Of a stretch of DNA of 64,000 nucleotides, positions 38,603 to 51,779 are shown piece by piece. This DNA is from Macrostomum lignano (lineage: Eukaryota), in NCBI GenBank assembly GCA_002269645.1, contig NIVC01004017.1, positions 1-64,000 of the forward strand, in the 5' to 3' direction. How positions within the stretch are numbered: position 1 is the stretch's first letter; every line of letters begins with the position of its first letter. Position numbers and translations under genes: made by a program. The notes under the pieces were generated by a model, which saw nothing but the letters and a program-made list of their open reading frames with translations, made no database searches and was not told the DNA's origin.

Positions 38603-38634
<32 letters not shown>

Positions 38635-38653
38635 GATAGATAGATAGATAGAC

Positions 38654-38713
<60 letters not shown>

Positions 38714-38764
38714 GATAGATAGATAGATAGACAGATAGATAGATAGATAGATAGATAGATGATG

Positions 38765-38807
<43 letters not shown>

Positions 38808-38867
38808 GAATAGATAGATAGATAGACAGATAGATATATAGATAGATAGATAGATAGATAGATAGAT

Positions 38868-38926
<59 letters not shown>

Positions 38927-39027
38927 GATAAATAGATGGATAGATAGATAGATGATAGATAGATAGATGATAGATAGATGGATAGATAGATAGACAGATA
39001 GATAGATAGATAGATAGATAGATGATG

Positions 39028-39065
<38 letters not shown>

Positions 39066-39088
39066 CAGATAGATAGATATATAGATAT

Positions 39089-39162
<74 letters not shown>

Positions 39163-39174
39163 TATAGATAGATG

Positions 39175-39213
<39 letters not shown>

Positions 39214-39440
39214 GGATAGATAGATGGATAGATTATTTATAGATAGATAGTTAGATAGATAGATGGATAGATAGATAGATAGATAGATGATAGATAGATG
39301 GATAGATAGATAGACAGATAGATAGATAGATAGATATATAGATAGATGATAAATAGATGGATAGATAGATAGACAGATAGATAGACAGATAGATAGATAG
39401 ATAGATAGATGACAGATAGATGGACAGACAGATAGATAGT
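38505..39440. repeat. (GATA)n microsatellite, about 930 bp
   Basis: Direct inspection; begins about 14 nt from the acceptor at 38491. Confidence 0.97.
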
Positions 39441-39595
39441 GGTTTAATGAACTAATATATTAATGCATATAATGACTAATTAGAAGTGAATTGCACTTTG
39501 TGATAATTACACTAATACTAATCCCGATAACTAACCAGTATAATCGTTCAGTAGTCACTTATTTAGGGCATAGAATCAGTAAAAATTAAGCTCAC

Positions 39596-39691
39596 CCCAT
39601 TGAAATGAGTAATTTTCGACGTTATAAATGACGAAAACTTATTAGTAAACATAATACCTATAATTTTACGTATCTGCATGCGTCTCTGCAT
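39596..39691 (-). CDS. Candidate alternative first coding exon (32 aa, MQRRMQIRKIIGIMF...)
   Basis: ATG at 39691 with an in-frame TAG six codons upstream; GGG|GTGAGC donor, phase 0, matching the acceptor at 38491. Confidence 0.5.
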
Positions 39692-39812
39692 GCGCTTGGC
39701 AGGAAACTATCTGAATACTCGAAATGGTCAACTGGCAGAATATCTCAGGAGGAACTACTCGACTCCTTTTTAACTCGGAACTGTCAGCTCTATGCATCGC
39801 ACTTGAACTCTA

Positions 39813-40004
39813 CTATTTATAGATGCCTCTGGCTACCAATTGCGGACGCGATGGATGGCAGGGCAGGAGGATGAGGAGAGAACGAGGCTGCTTTGGAAGC
39901 ATCTCACACTTGGCCAATCATCAATCAACTTTTTTCTATTCAGCGCTGGCTGGGCCTTCCTCAAGTCACAGGAGGAGGCAGTTTGGTTTTTTATTATACA
40001 GCTG
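39813..40004 (-). promoter_or_regulatory. Candidate muscle-type internal promoter: MEF2/TATA composite, CCAAT box, E-box
   Basis: CTATAAATAG at 39822-39813 fits MEF2 CTA(A/T)4TAG and contains TATAAA; CCAAT 39914-39918; palindromic ataCAGCTGtat around 39999-40004. Confidence 0.45.
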
Positions 40005-40399
40005 TATGCATATGAAAAACTTCGTTTTTACTCCATACTCGTAACAGAGTTCCGCCTTTCCCGTTGCCTTGAACTATCGATTATATTTTCGCGCACCAGC
40101 TCTCGCTTTTGTAATTATTTCTCGGATTTTGCGTAAAGTTCGTATTCTTTGTGGTAGCAATATTTTTGGTTGCGTTTTATTCATACCGTAGCTACTAGCA
40201 TATATGCTTGAAGTCTTAAATGTCTCTGCCGATTCTTGACAACCATTTCTTGCTCATTGTTCCTGTGAATCAATCACTTTGTATCCCCTATTGTCCCGTC
40301 ACTTTAAGTTACATCCTTTGTTGTCCCTTGTTATTATGTCACTATCATTTCTTGTACATTGTTTTAATGTTACATCACCCTTTATTGTCCGTTGCCTTA

Positions 40400-40795
40400 A
40401 TGTCACATTATCCTTTATTGACCCTTGTCTCAATGTAACATTATCCTTGTCATTTGTCTCAATGTCACATTATCCTTTATTGTCCCTTGTCTCAAAGTCA
40501 CATTATCCTTGTCATTTGTCTCAATGTCACATTATCCTTTATTGTCCCTTGTCTCAATGTCACATCATCCTTGTCATTTGTCTCAATGTCACATTATCCT
40601 TTATTGTCCCTTGTCTCGATGTCACATTATCCTTGTCATTTGTCTCAATGTCACATTATCCTTGTCATTTGTCTCAATGTCACATTATCCTTGTCATTTG
40701 TCCCAATGTCACATTATCCTTTATTGTCCCTTGTCTCAAAGTCAAATTATCCTTGTCATTTGTCTCAATGTCACATTATCCTTTATTGTCACTTA
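40400..40795. repeat. 29/33-bp alternating minisatellite
   Basis: Core TTGTCTCAATGTCACATTATCCTT. Confidence 0.9.
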
Positions 40796-41589
40796 TCTAT
40801 ACATATTGTTCTTGATTTATCCTGCTCATAACATCAGCGTCTATGTTCCAGTCGACCGCGTGTCAATATTATATTTTTTCAATCTCCTTGTAAATAATAT
40901 TACACATAGTATAACGAACAGATTAACAAGTACGACTCTAGAAGCAAGCGTGCTTAATGGATACGAAGGCGGGCATTTAAGGTTGTGAGAGTATCTATCC
41001 TTCAAGAAACAAGAGAACCACGTACTAGGTAAAGAGGGATTAAGGCTAAGCTGATCAGTGCATATACACACTCGCACACTACACGCTTAGAGCATAGTGT
41101 GAGCTGATGAAATGAGCCAGCAACTAATATAGCTCAGCACAAATATACTACTTTACTATATTACAGTACTACACAAGCTGAAGCAACTAAAAAACAAGGC
41201 TTATTACAGATAAGAGAGAGAGGGAGAAAGTGAGCGAAGCAAAGGCCAGTCCCGGTCTCAGCTACAGGTTTAGCCCAACTGATTGATTTGCCTTGCGGGT
41301 CTATTTATCTGTCCGGCCATCTATCCAGGTTCCAGTTATCAATACACTCCACTCTTTTCACAATATATCAATGCAGCAACGAGCAGAAATTCTTTAATAA
41401 ATCCAAATCAAAACAAGACTGACTGATGCTCGCTTGATTCTGCGCACTTAATGCTTTTATCGAAGGCATTGAGTTAGTTCAATCTATCGAGTTCTCGTTG
41501 AAAACAAATCGCAGATGCACATTTGTGCCTCTTTCGACGCGAAATCATTGCAGTGTGTGCTTATCTTGGCGTGCAGCTATACTAAAGCG

Positions 41590-42025
41590 GACTAATGTTA
41601 ATGCGCGCTTATGCCAGTTCGCGCTTATGCTACTGCGCGCTTATGCTAATGCGCACTTATGCTTCTGCGCGTTTATGCTAATGCGCGCTTATGCTACTTT
41701 GCGCTAATGCTAATGCGCGCTTATGCTAATGCGCGCTTATGCTACTACGCGTTTTTGTTAATGCGCGCTTATGCTACTGCGCACTTATGCTAATGCGCGC
41801 TTATGCTTCTGCGCGTTTATTCTAATGCGCGCTTATGCTACTTTGGGCTTATGCTAATGCGCGATTATGCTAATGCGCGATTATGCTAATGCGCGTTCAT
41901 GCTAATGCGCGCTTATGCTACTGCGCGCTTATGCTAATGCGCACTTATGCTTCTGCGCGCTTATGCTACTTTGCGCTTATGCTAAAGCGCGCTTGCTACT
42001 GCGCGTTTTGCTAATGCGCGCTCAT
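41590..42025. repeat. 16-bp CpG-rich minisatellite
   Basis: Unit ATGCGCGCTTATGCTA. Confidence 0.9.
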
Positions 42026-42934
42026 TTCGGCGTGTCTTAATTTTGATGCGCGTTTGATCGGCAAATGCGATGAGCGCAATCCTGACGCGCACTTTTTTCT
42101 GACTCGCGCCTCAGCTGGAACGGGCTAAATTTGATGTGCGCGCGTGCTATAAATGCACGGCTTCAGAAGTCTTCATCCACCAACTTGTCAATCAAAATAG
42201 CCAAACTAACACGCTTATGCATAATACTGAAGTGGCTTGCTACTATAACTATTAAAAGCCATTGTCAGAATTGACTTCCTATCTGTTCTATAGAATAGAA
42301 TTAGCTAATGGATGGAAGGCATTGGCACTTAGCTTATAAACACGAGTATGTAGGAGTCATTTAAGCATTGGAACCAGATCCCTGACCGCACACTCCGGAG
42401 CATTTCAATAAAACGAATTTTTATAATTAATATCATCTGGTTTCCGATGCAAAAAAGTTCGAAGCTAGGAGATTTTTTCCGATATTAAAACCAGATTTCA
42501 CGGTGGGAATGAAGTCAACACGGCGACAAATTAAAGGAGTTTTAAGCTGCATTATTTCCGGGCATCGATTCTAATTTATTTGATCAGGATTTTTGCATTA
42601 ACGTAATTATTTTTTTCTTTCATATTTTTCTTTTGAACGTCCAAGTATAACTACTCGTTTCACGAAAACTTTCCCAGAAAAAATTATTTTACACTACTTA
42701 TGATAGCAAAAAACAAGTAGTGTAAAATGCAAATACAAACAAACTGCATATTCTAACTTTCTGGAATATTCCAAGATGTAAAGTTTGCATTGTTTCTGTT
42801 ATTTAAAACATTGAGTGACAAGGTTGGGTGAGTAGCCTACATTTAGAAGATAGTTAGAGAACACTAGATCGACCAGGTTACTAGACAAAACTTGACAAGA
42901 TTTGGCAGCTCCAGCGTGGCAAGGTTGAGTATAC

Positions 42935-43535
42935 CAGAATGACAATAATGAGTAGACTATAATAACAAAGGTGATACACTAGAGTGACAATAATGAGTAG
43001 ACTATAATAACAAAGGTGATACACTAGAGTGACAATAATGATTAGACTTGAGTGACAATGATGATTAGACTAGAGTGGCAATGGTGATCAGACTAGAGAC
43101 AATGATGATTAGACTAGAGACAATGATGATTAGACTAGAGTGACAATGATGATTAGACTAGAGTGACAATGATGATTAGACTAGAGTGACAATGATGATT
43201 AGACTATAGTGACAATGATGATTAGAATAGAGTGACAATGATGAGTAGACTATAGTGACAATGATGATTAGACTATAGTGACAATGATGATTAGAATAGA
43301 GTGACAATGATGAGTAGACTATAGTGACAATGATGATTAGACTAGAGTGACAATGATGATTAGACTAGAGTGGCAATGATGATTAGACTAGAGTGACAAT
43401 GATGATTAGACTAGAGTGACAATGATGATTAGACTAGAGTGACAATGATTAGACTAGAGTGACAATGGTTACTAGACTAGAGTGACAATAATGACTAGAC
43501 TAGAGTGACAATAATGACTAGACTAGAGTGACAAG
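42935..43535. repeat. 23-bp minisatellite
   Basis: Unit AGACTAGAGTGACAATGATGATT. Confidence 0.92.
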
Positions 43536-43582
43536 ACGAATGCTGGAGCAGAAAAAGAGCAGCAAATTCAAAGCAGACTCAC

Positions 43583-44224
43583 AGAAATCACTGCCGGGTC
43601 AACCAGTGCAGCAGCACGGCCCGACTCAGACTCTCTAGCCGCCAGCAGCTCCTCAACAAGGGCTTCGATTTCGCTAATCCTGCCGCCGATATCGTCGAGT
43701 TTAAGCATCGCAGCCGAGGCCGGGCCAGCCACAGCTTCATCATCCAGCAGACCGCTAGCAAATTCGTCAATTGGAACATCTTCAACATCGGCAGACGTTG
43801 CTTCGGATTCTTTGCGTTCGTGCAATTTCTGTTGTTGTTGCTGCTGCTGCTGCTGCTGTTCCATATCGAAATCCAGATCAGAAATTCGAGTTTCAATAGC
43901 AAATTTCTTAGTCTCGAATTGCACTATTAACTGCTCGATATCGTCGAATGCGTCAGTAACTGGGGGCAGGTCTTCCGTCAGGTCGCCCAGAGCCTCCACC
44001 CGCTGTAGAATAGCTGGAATAATTTGATTGGCAAGATTGTCAAGACGATGCTTCAAATCGCGACAAGTCTGAGCACTACTGCCGTTGTCTTCTTCAGCTT
44101 CTTTTGCTGGCTGTTGCAGAAATTCATCAGCTGCTTCTAGCCAAGAGCGCAATTGTTGCAGTTCAGCGTCAAGCGATTCTACTAGAGGCAGCGCCTTGGC
44201 AAGCTTATCAAGAGCCGGCTGAAC
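43583..44224 (-). CDS. DMD: Dystrophin exon (about R13-14, polyQ insert)
   Basis: CCTGCAG|GTT at 44225; TCT|GTGAGT at 43582; 'LQQLRSWLEAADEFL'. Confidence 0.9.
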
Positions 44225-44409
44225 CTGCAGGTTTTGTTTGTAACAATTGATTATCATTATCGGCTGTAAAAGTTTGCGAGGCCCTAATCAAGTGCATTGT
44301 TACTATTTCAAGAGAACATAAATTTGAAAAAACCAGCATTATTCGACTGTTTAAAAAAATTGAAATATAGCGTCAGTTAAAACTTTAGTGCGAATGTGTA
44401 CGTGTTTGG

Positions 44410-44502
44410 ACACAAACACACACACAGACTGACAGACAGGCAGACAGACAGACAGACAGATAAACAGACAAAGACAGACAGACAGACAAAGACAGACAGA
44501 CT

Positions 44503-44552
<50 letters not shown>

Positions 44553-44594
44553 TAAACAGACAAAGACAGACAGACAGACAAAGACAGACAGACT

Positions 44595-44690
<96 letters not shown>
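44410..44690. repeat. (GACA)n microsatellite
   Basis: Direct inspection. Confidence 0.95.
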
Positions 44691-44692
<2 letters not shown>

Positions 44693-45419
44693 GTCATTAG
44701 CAGCCTAATAATATTTCAATAACGAATAATAAATCGTTTTCTTTTCCTTTCAGATTATCATCAAGTTTAGCAGGGTAACAAAAAAACCCTGAGAGGCATC
44801 TGAATAAAAAATCAGAATCATTACTAACAGAACAGAAAGAAACGGTTCACAAAGAGACAAAATAGAAATTCTGTATTTTATATTTAAAAAAGGAAGTTGT
44901 CAAAGAAAAAACCTGTGTGCAGAAAGACATGTCCGGTTAAAATTGAACTGACAATGGGTGGAGAAGCAATATAACTGGCCAGGGGTTAGAAATAGATGAA
45001 TACACGGAATTTCACTTCTAAACACACTGACTGCCCGCCCGTTGACGGCATGTCAATCAATTGGATAACTTCAATGCAGCAGCAGCTCTTGTTGTCGAAT
45101 ATGTACTTTTGAATTTGCATTTTTCGACAAGCAGCTAAACCATAATAAGTATATTATATTATCACTTTTAATTCCAGTCGCTTTCTAAAAATAGTGTGTC
45201 ATTTATCAGGAATAGAACAGGGAGATACACCAAAAGGAAGCTTTACTTTAATCTGCCATTAGCTTTCTAATTAATCTGTTAAGCTCGGTCTCAACTGTCC
45301 AACTCCATTAATGTCTATCGAATGGGAACCTGTTTGATGTGGCTCAAGAGAGGTACAGAGGATAATAATTATATATGCGCACAAGCAGACCTTTTTTGAC
45401 TCTGCACTTTTAACTTGAC

Positions 45420-45760
45420 TAATAATGCCACACTAATACTACTTCTAATGCCATACTAATACTACTGCTAATGCCACACTAATACTACTGCTAATGCCAC
45501 ACTAATACTACTGCTAATGCCATACTAATACTGCTAATGCCATACTAATACTGCTAATGCCACACTAATACTACTGTTAATGACACACTAATACTATTGG
45601 TAATGCCATACTAATACTAACTGCTAATGTCACACTAATACGAATGCTAACGCCACACTAAAGGCACAACAACTGTTACTACTACTAGTGCTGCTACTGC
45701 TACTATTACTACTACTACTACTACTACTACTAATACTACTACTACTACTAGTGCTACTAC
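45420..45760. repeat. 23-bp minisatellite followed by (ACT)n
   Basis: Unit CTAATGCCACACTAATACTACTG. Confidence 0.85.
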
Positions 45761-47184
45761 TACTTTACAATATTTGATAACATGCCCAGAATAGCCACAT
45801 ATAGCTTAAAATAGAACGTATTAAGGAAACCATACAAGCTGCACAAAATGCATGTACAAAATCAGCTAAGCCGAGAGTACATCCATATATAAGCGCAAAC
45901 TTGCATAGAATCCCCTATAGGAGTATCTGAGAATACGATTCCATGCTCGGGAAGATAATAACGCAGTAGGTTATGCCTAGCTAATTATCATATAATCAGC
46001 GCAACGAAATAAAGTAGACATAAAGTAGATTAAATGGTTAACTTGGCCCTTCAGCTTGTAAAACTAGGGTATACGGCGGGAGTAAATATTACCACCGTTA
46101 TATACAGAGATTCCTCGTCACCTACTTAGTGCCTCACTACATTTTTTTAGATAAAGGAGAAAGAGATTTAGGAAAATAGCGTATTTATAAGCTTATAGAC
46201 TTACCTAAATTAATAAATAACTTCAATAGTTCAAACTACTATCGATGTTGTTTTTTAAAGATTCGAAAACGAACGTCATATGATTTAGATAAAATGAGAC
46301 AGGAGATGAGAGGTGACTAGCGCTGGTACAGATATAGATAAAGATTTTATATACACGCAAGGGATTAGTACTTAAATCCCCATTGGCTTCACCCGGCCCC
46401 GAGCAGGGTGGTGGGGTGGGGAGGCGAAGCAATTTTTGTAAAGGAAATGACGAGAGGAGAAGAGGTTAGAAGAGGGGATTGGCTGCATCCAACCAGAAAA
46501 AAATGCTTCAGAACGGCAAACCCGAACATACTACTACGACAGTCCGAATCCTTGTTGTATTATAAAATCTGGTTGTCAGAAAACACTGGACAGGGGGTAC
46601 TAAAATCCCAGCTAATCATCATCGACGAAGGGCTTAGGAAAGAGATGTAGAGTGTACAGTGCTTTTGTATATCATTCCTCATAAGATCTCAGTATTTGAA
46701 TACTTCAAGAATATTTGACGAAAATAAATGTGAAAACCACACAGTTAACAAAAACAAAAGTTTTGCTTCTTAAAAAGAAAATAATTGTTATTCTGGATTT
46801 TGCTATCAAGATGATGAAATATAGGAAACTTACAAGTTCAACGTGCGTTTTAATCTTAAATTAAAATTGCTTTTTTTAACAACATTTACGTTTTGAATCA
46901 AACTACTTAAAGTAGGCTAAAAGCATGCAACAAATAAAAATGTTGCACAAACAAATTTTCCATGATTCAAGCTATATGCTACTGCTATAATTATAACTAT
47001 TTATACTATAATAATAATTATTTATAATAGTTATATTTAATAATTATAATAATTAATAATTAATAATTAATAATTATAATTATAATTATTAATAATAATT
47101 ATTTATAATTTATTATGCTATAATAATAATTATTTATACTATAAGTAGAGAAAATGAGTATTAAATAAAAAAAATGAAACTCAC

Positions 47185-47340
47185 CTGCTCTGACAGTCGA
47201 TCAAACAGGCCTTCTAAACGTCCTAATTCAGCCAATAACCGCTTAGGAAAGTCGACCTGCTTCTGTTCAACCAATTGTTTGCCAGTGGCCACAACGTATT
47301 GCAGATCGGGCTGCAGCTCGCTGAGCTGGGCGGACACACT
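47185..47340 (-). CDS. DMD: Dystrophin exon (about R12)
   Basis: TTCCACAG|AGT at 47341; CAG|GTGAGT at 47184; 'LSELQPDLQYVVATGKQLVEQKQ' resembles human 'LSEVKSEVEMVIKTGRQIVQKKQ'. Confidence 0.92.
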
Positions 47341-47639
47341 CTGTGGAATCGATAAAATTTCTATTTCTGATTGATAGTTGAAATTTAATAATTCACGTAC
47401 AGTGGCGAGTGCCTTTATGCTTTGCTAGAGTTTAATCAATATTTCATAGATTAGTCAAGAGGTCTGGATGTTGAAATTTTATATTAACATTAACATCTGC
47501 AGTTGAGGTGAGTATTAATCCTCGGTAGATGTACTTTTTAATGTACTTTTAAACTACCAAGCCTTACCCAGAAAAAATCATGAAACATCAAAATCTCACA
47601 ACAATAAAAAAGACCGAAAAATAAAAATTTCACTCTTTC

Positions 47640-48345
47640 AGAATAACAAAACTACAAAATCTCACCCCTACAATAACGAAACTACAAAATCTCACCCTTA
47701 GAATAACGAACGAAACTACAAAATCTCACCATTAGAATAACGAACGAAACTACAAAATATCACCCCTAGAATAAAGAAATTACAAAATCTCACCCCTGGA
47801 ATAACAAAACTACAAAATCTGACCCATAAAATAATGAAATATCAAAATCTCACACCTAGAATAACAAAACCTCAAAATCTCACCCCTAGAATAACAAAAT
47901 ATTAAAATCTCACCCTTAGAATAAAAAAGATACGAAATCTCACCCCTGGAATAACAATAACAAAGCTACAAAATCTCACCCTAGAATAACGAAACTACAA
48001 AATCTCACCCTAGAATAACGAAACTACAAAATCTCACCCCTAGAATAACAAAATTACAAAATCTCACCCTAGAATAACGAAATTACAAAATCTCACCCCT
48101 AGAATAACGAAATTACAAAATCTCACCCTAGAATAACGAAATTACAAAATCTCACCCTAAAATAACGAAATTACAAAATCTCACCCTAAAATAACGAAAT
48201 TACAAAATCTCACTCCTAGAATAACAAAGATACGAAATATCACCCCTGGAATAACAATAACAAAGCTACAAAATCTCACTCATATAATATTGAAATATCA
48301 AAATCTCATCCCTGGAATAACAAAACTACAAAATCTCACCCCTAG
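47640..48345. repeat. 29-30-bp minisatellite
   Basis: Unit AAAATCTCACCCCTAGAATAACGAAACTAC. Confidence 0.9.
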
Positions 48346-48445
48346 ATTAAGAAAACTTCAAAATTTCATCTCTAGAATGAAAATCACAAAATATTTCCGA
48401 TACTGTGCTTAACAAAGGATCCCAATTAAAAATTCGGGGACTAAC

Positions 48446-48683
48446 CTCGGCAAATTCCTTTGTCCTCTGCACATCCTCCGGCTCAATAGACAGCAAATCC
48501 AGCAAATGCAGCCGATCATTCAGACTCTCCAGCTCGCGCCGAACCCGATCCAATTTTGGCTCGAAGTCCGCCGGCCGCTGAAATCTGTTGAGCAGTTTGG
48601 CCACGTAGTCGAAACTCGCTCGGAGATGGTCACGAACGCCCTCGAGGCGGAGAGCGGCGTCTTTGTTGCCAGATGACATGTGT
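48446..48683 (-). CDS. DMD: Dystrophin exon (about R11-12)
   Basis: ATCCCTCAG|A at 48684 (phase 2); GAG|GTTAGT at 48445; 'RFQRPADFEPKL' resembles human 'LFQKPANFEQRL'. Confidence 0.92.
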
Positions 48684-48719
48684 CTGAGGGATACAAAGGG
48701 ATTAATATTATTATTAGAA

Positions 48720-50945
48720 ATCCCACCCAGTTTAAATTGATGATTTTCCAAAATCTTCCCCAGTTTAAATTGATGTTCATCCAAAATCTCACCCAGTTTA
48801 AATTGATGTTCATCCAAAATCTCACCCAGTTTAAATTGATGATTATCCAAAATCTCACCCAGTTTAAATTGATGTTCATCCAAAATCTCACCCAGTTTAA
48901 ATTGATGTTCATCCAAAATCTCACCCAGTTTAAATTGATGATTATCCAAAATCTTCCCCAGTTTAAATTGATAATTTTCCAAAATCTCACCCAGTTTAAA
49001 TTGATGATTATCCAAAATCTTCCCCAGTTTAAATTGATAATTTTCCAAAATCTCACCCAGTATAAATTGATAATTTTCCAAAATCTCACCCAGTTTAAAT
49101 TGATGTTCATCCAAAATCTCACCCAGTTTAAATTGATGTTCATCCAAAATCTCACCCAGTATAAATTGATGATTATCCAAAATCTCACCCAGTTTAAATT
49201 GATGATTATCCAAAATCTCACCCAGTTTAAATTGATGTTCATCCAAAATCTCACCCAGTTTAAATTGATGATTATCCAAAATCTCACCCAGTTTAAATTG
49301 ATGATTATCTAAAATCTCACCCAGTTTAAATTGATGATTATCTAAAATCTCACCCAGTTTAAATTGATGATTATCTAAAATCTCACCCAGTTTAAATTGA
49401 TGTTCATCCAAAATCTCACCCAGTTTAAATTGATGATTATCCAAAATCTCACCCAGTTTAAATTGATGTTCATCCAAAATCTCACCCAGTTTAAATTGAT
49501 GTTCATCCAAAATCTCACCCAGTTTAAATTGATGATTATCCAAAATCTTCCCCAGTTTAAATTGATAATTTTCCAAAATCTCACCCAGTTTAAATTGATG
49601 ATTATCCAAAATCTTCCCCAGTTTAAATTGATAATTTTCCAAAATCTCACCCAGTATAAATTGATAATTTTCCAAAATCTCACCCAGTTTAAATTGATGT
49701 TCATCCAAAATCTCACCCAGTTTAAATTGATGTTCATCCAAAATCTCACCCAGTATAAATTGATGATTATCCAAAATCTCACCCAGTTTAAATTGATGAT
49801 TATCCAAAATCTCACCCAGTTTAAATTGATGTTCATCCAAAATCTCACCCAGTTTAAATTGATGATTATCCAAAATCTCACCCAGTTTAAATTGATGATT
49901 ATCTAAAATCTCACCCAGTTTAAATTGATGATTATCCAAAATCTCACCCAGTTTAAATTGATGATTATCCAAAATCTCACCCAGTTTAAATTGATGTTCA
50001 TCCAAAATCTCACCCAGTTTAAATTGATGATTATCCAAAATCTCACCCAGTTTAAATTGATGATTATCCAAAATCTCACCCAGTTTAAATTGATAATTAT
50101 CCAAAATCTCACCCAGTTTAAATTGATGATTATCCAAAATCTCACCCAGTTTAAATTGATGTTCATCCAAAATCTCACCCAGTTTAAATTGATAATTTTC
50201 CAAAATCTTCCCCAGTTTAAATTGATGATTATCTAAAATCTCACCCAGTTTAAATTGATGATTATCTAAAATCTCACCCAGTTTAAATTGATGTTCATCC
50301 AAAATCTCACCCAGTTTAAATTGATGTTCATCCAAAATCTCACCCAGTTTAAATTGATGATTATCCAAAATCTCACCCAGTTTAAATTGATGATTATCCA
50401 AAATCTCACCCAGTTTAAATTGATGATTATCCAAAATCTCACCCAGTTTAAATTGATGATTATCTAAAATCTCACCCAGTTTAAATTGATAATTTTCCAA
50501 AATCTTCCCCAGTTTAAATTGATGATTATCTAAAATCTCACCCAGTTTAAATTGATGATTATCTAAAATCTCACCCAGTTTAAATTGATAATTTTCCAAA
50601 ATCTTCCCCAGTTTAAATTGATGATTATCTAAAATCTCACCCAGTTTAAATTGATGATTATCTAAAATCTCACCCAGTTTAAATTGATAATTTTCCAAAA
50701 TCTCACCCAGTTTAACTTGATGATTATCTAAAATCTCACCCAGTTTAAATTGATGATTATCTAAAATCTCACCCAGTTTAAATTGATGATTATCTAAAAT
50801 CTCACCCAGTTTAAATTGATGATTATCCAAAATCTCACCCAGTTTAAATTGATGATTATCCAAAATCTCACCCAGTTTAAATTGATAATTTTCCAAAATC
50901 TCACATTGTTTTAATTGATTATCCGAAATCTCACCCAATTTGAAT
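48720..50945. repeat. 33-bp minisatellite (about 67 units) with 594-bp higher-order duplication
   Basis: Unit CCAAAATCTCACCCAGTTTAAATTGATGATTAT; TATAAA variant at 49061 and 49655. Confidence 0.96.
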
Positions 50946-50989
50946 TGATGATTATCAAAATACCTCAAAACCACAAAATGAGGTCCTAC

Positions 50990-51198
50990 CTATCGTAAGT
51001 CTCGTCCAGTTTATTCAAAGTCTCTCTGTGCTGATCAATCTCTGCCCGGAGTCTCTCAGCCTCGTCGGGACAGTCCGCTGCCAGCAGTTCAGCTTCCATT
51101 TTGTTGGTCATGAAGTCTTCAGCTACTGGCAGCCATTCTTGCATGGCGTTGGTGCGACGCTCCAGGTCTTGTATGCTGTCCAGACTCGAGCTGAGGAC
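50990..51198 (-). CDS. DMD: Dystrophin exon (about R11)
   Basis: CTCCACTAG|GTC at 51199; AG|GTAGGA at 50989; 'NAMQEWLPVAEDFM'; phases 0/2. Confidence 0.88.
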
Positions 51199-51339
51199 CT
51201 AGTGGAGATCGAGAATAAAAACACTGTACGCACTGGTTCTTAATAGGTTTGCGGGGTTAGGAGATGATTTTATATGCAAGTATTTACAAAGCTTATCGTG
51301 TAGTTTCAGACAGATTCTTAGAGAGGATTGGAGGGAAAT

Positions 51340-51742
51340 TCCCAAGGGGATTAAGGAGACGATTATCAAGAGATTGGAGGGTGATTCTTAAAGGAGATTA
51401 AGGGCGACTCTCAAAAGCATGGGGGAGATTCTTAAATTGAATAGGAGGGCGATTCCCAAAGGAGATTGGAGGGCGATTACTAAAGGATATTGGAGGGCGA
51501 TTACTAAAGGAGATTGGAGGGCGATTCTCAAATGAGATTGGAGGGCGATTCTCAAATGAGATTGGAGGGCGATTCACAAAGGAGATTGAAGGGCGATTCT
51601 CAAAGGAGATTGTAGGGCGACTACAAAAGGAGATTGAAGGGCGATTTTTAAAAGAGATTGGAACGCGATTACTAAAGGAGATTGAAGGGCGATTCTCATA
51701 GGAGATTGGAGGGCGACTCTCAAAGGAGATTGGAGGGCGATC
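51340..51742. repeat. 24-bp minisatellite
   Basis: Unit GGAGATTGGAGGGCGATTCTCAAA. Confidence 0.88.
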
Positions 51743-51779
51743 TTATAAATACTTGTTAACAAATATATTCTGTCAACTA

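Noticed and set aside
48347-50974. 875-aa ORF of LGEILDNHQFK repeats running into a real exon
   Set aside because: It is a translation of a 33-bp minisatellite. It starts at GTG, and intron retention from the upstream exon hits TAG immediately (AG|G TAG). Only 48446-48683 is coding.
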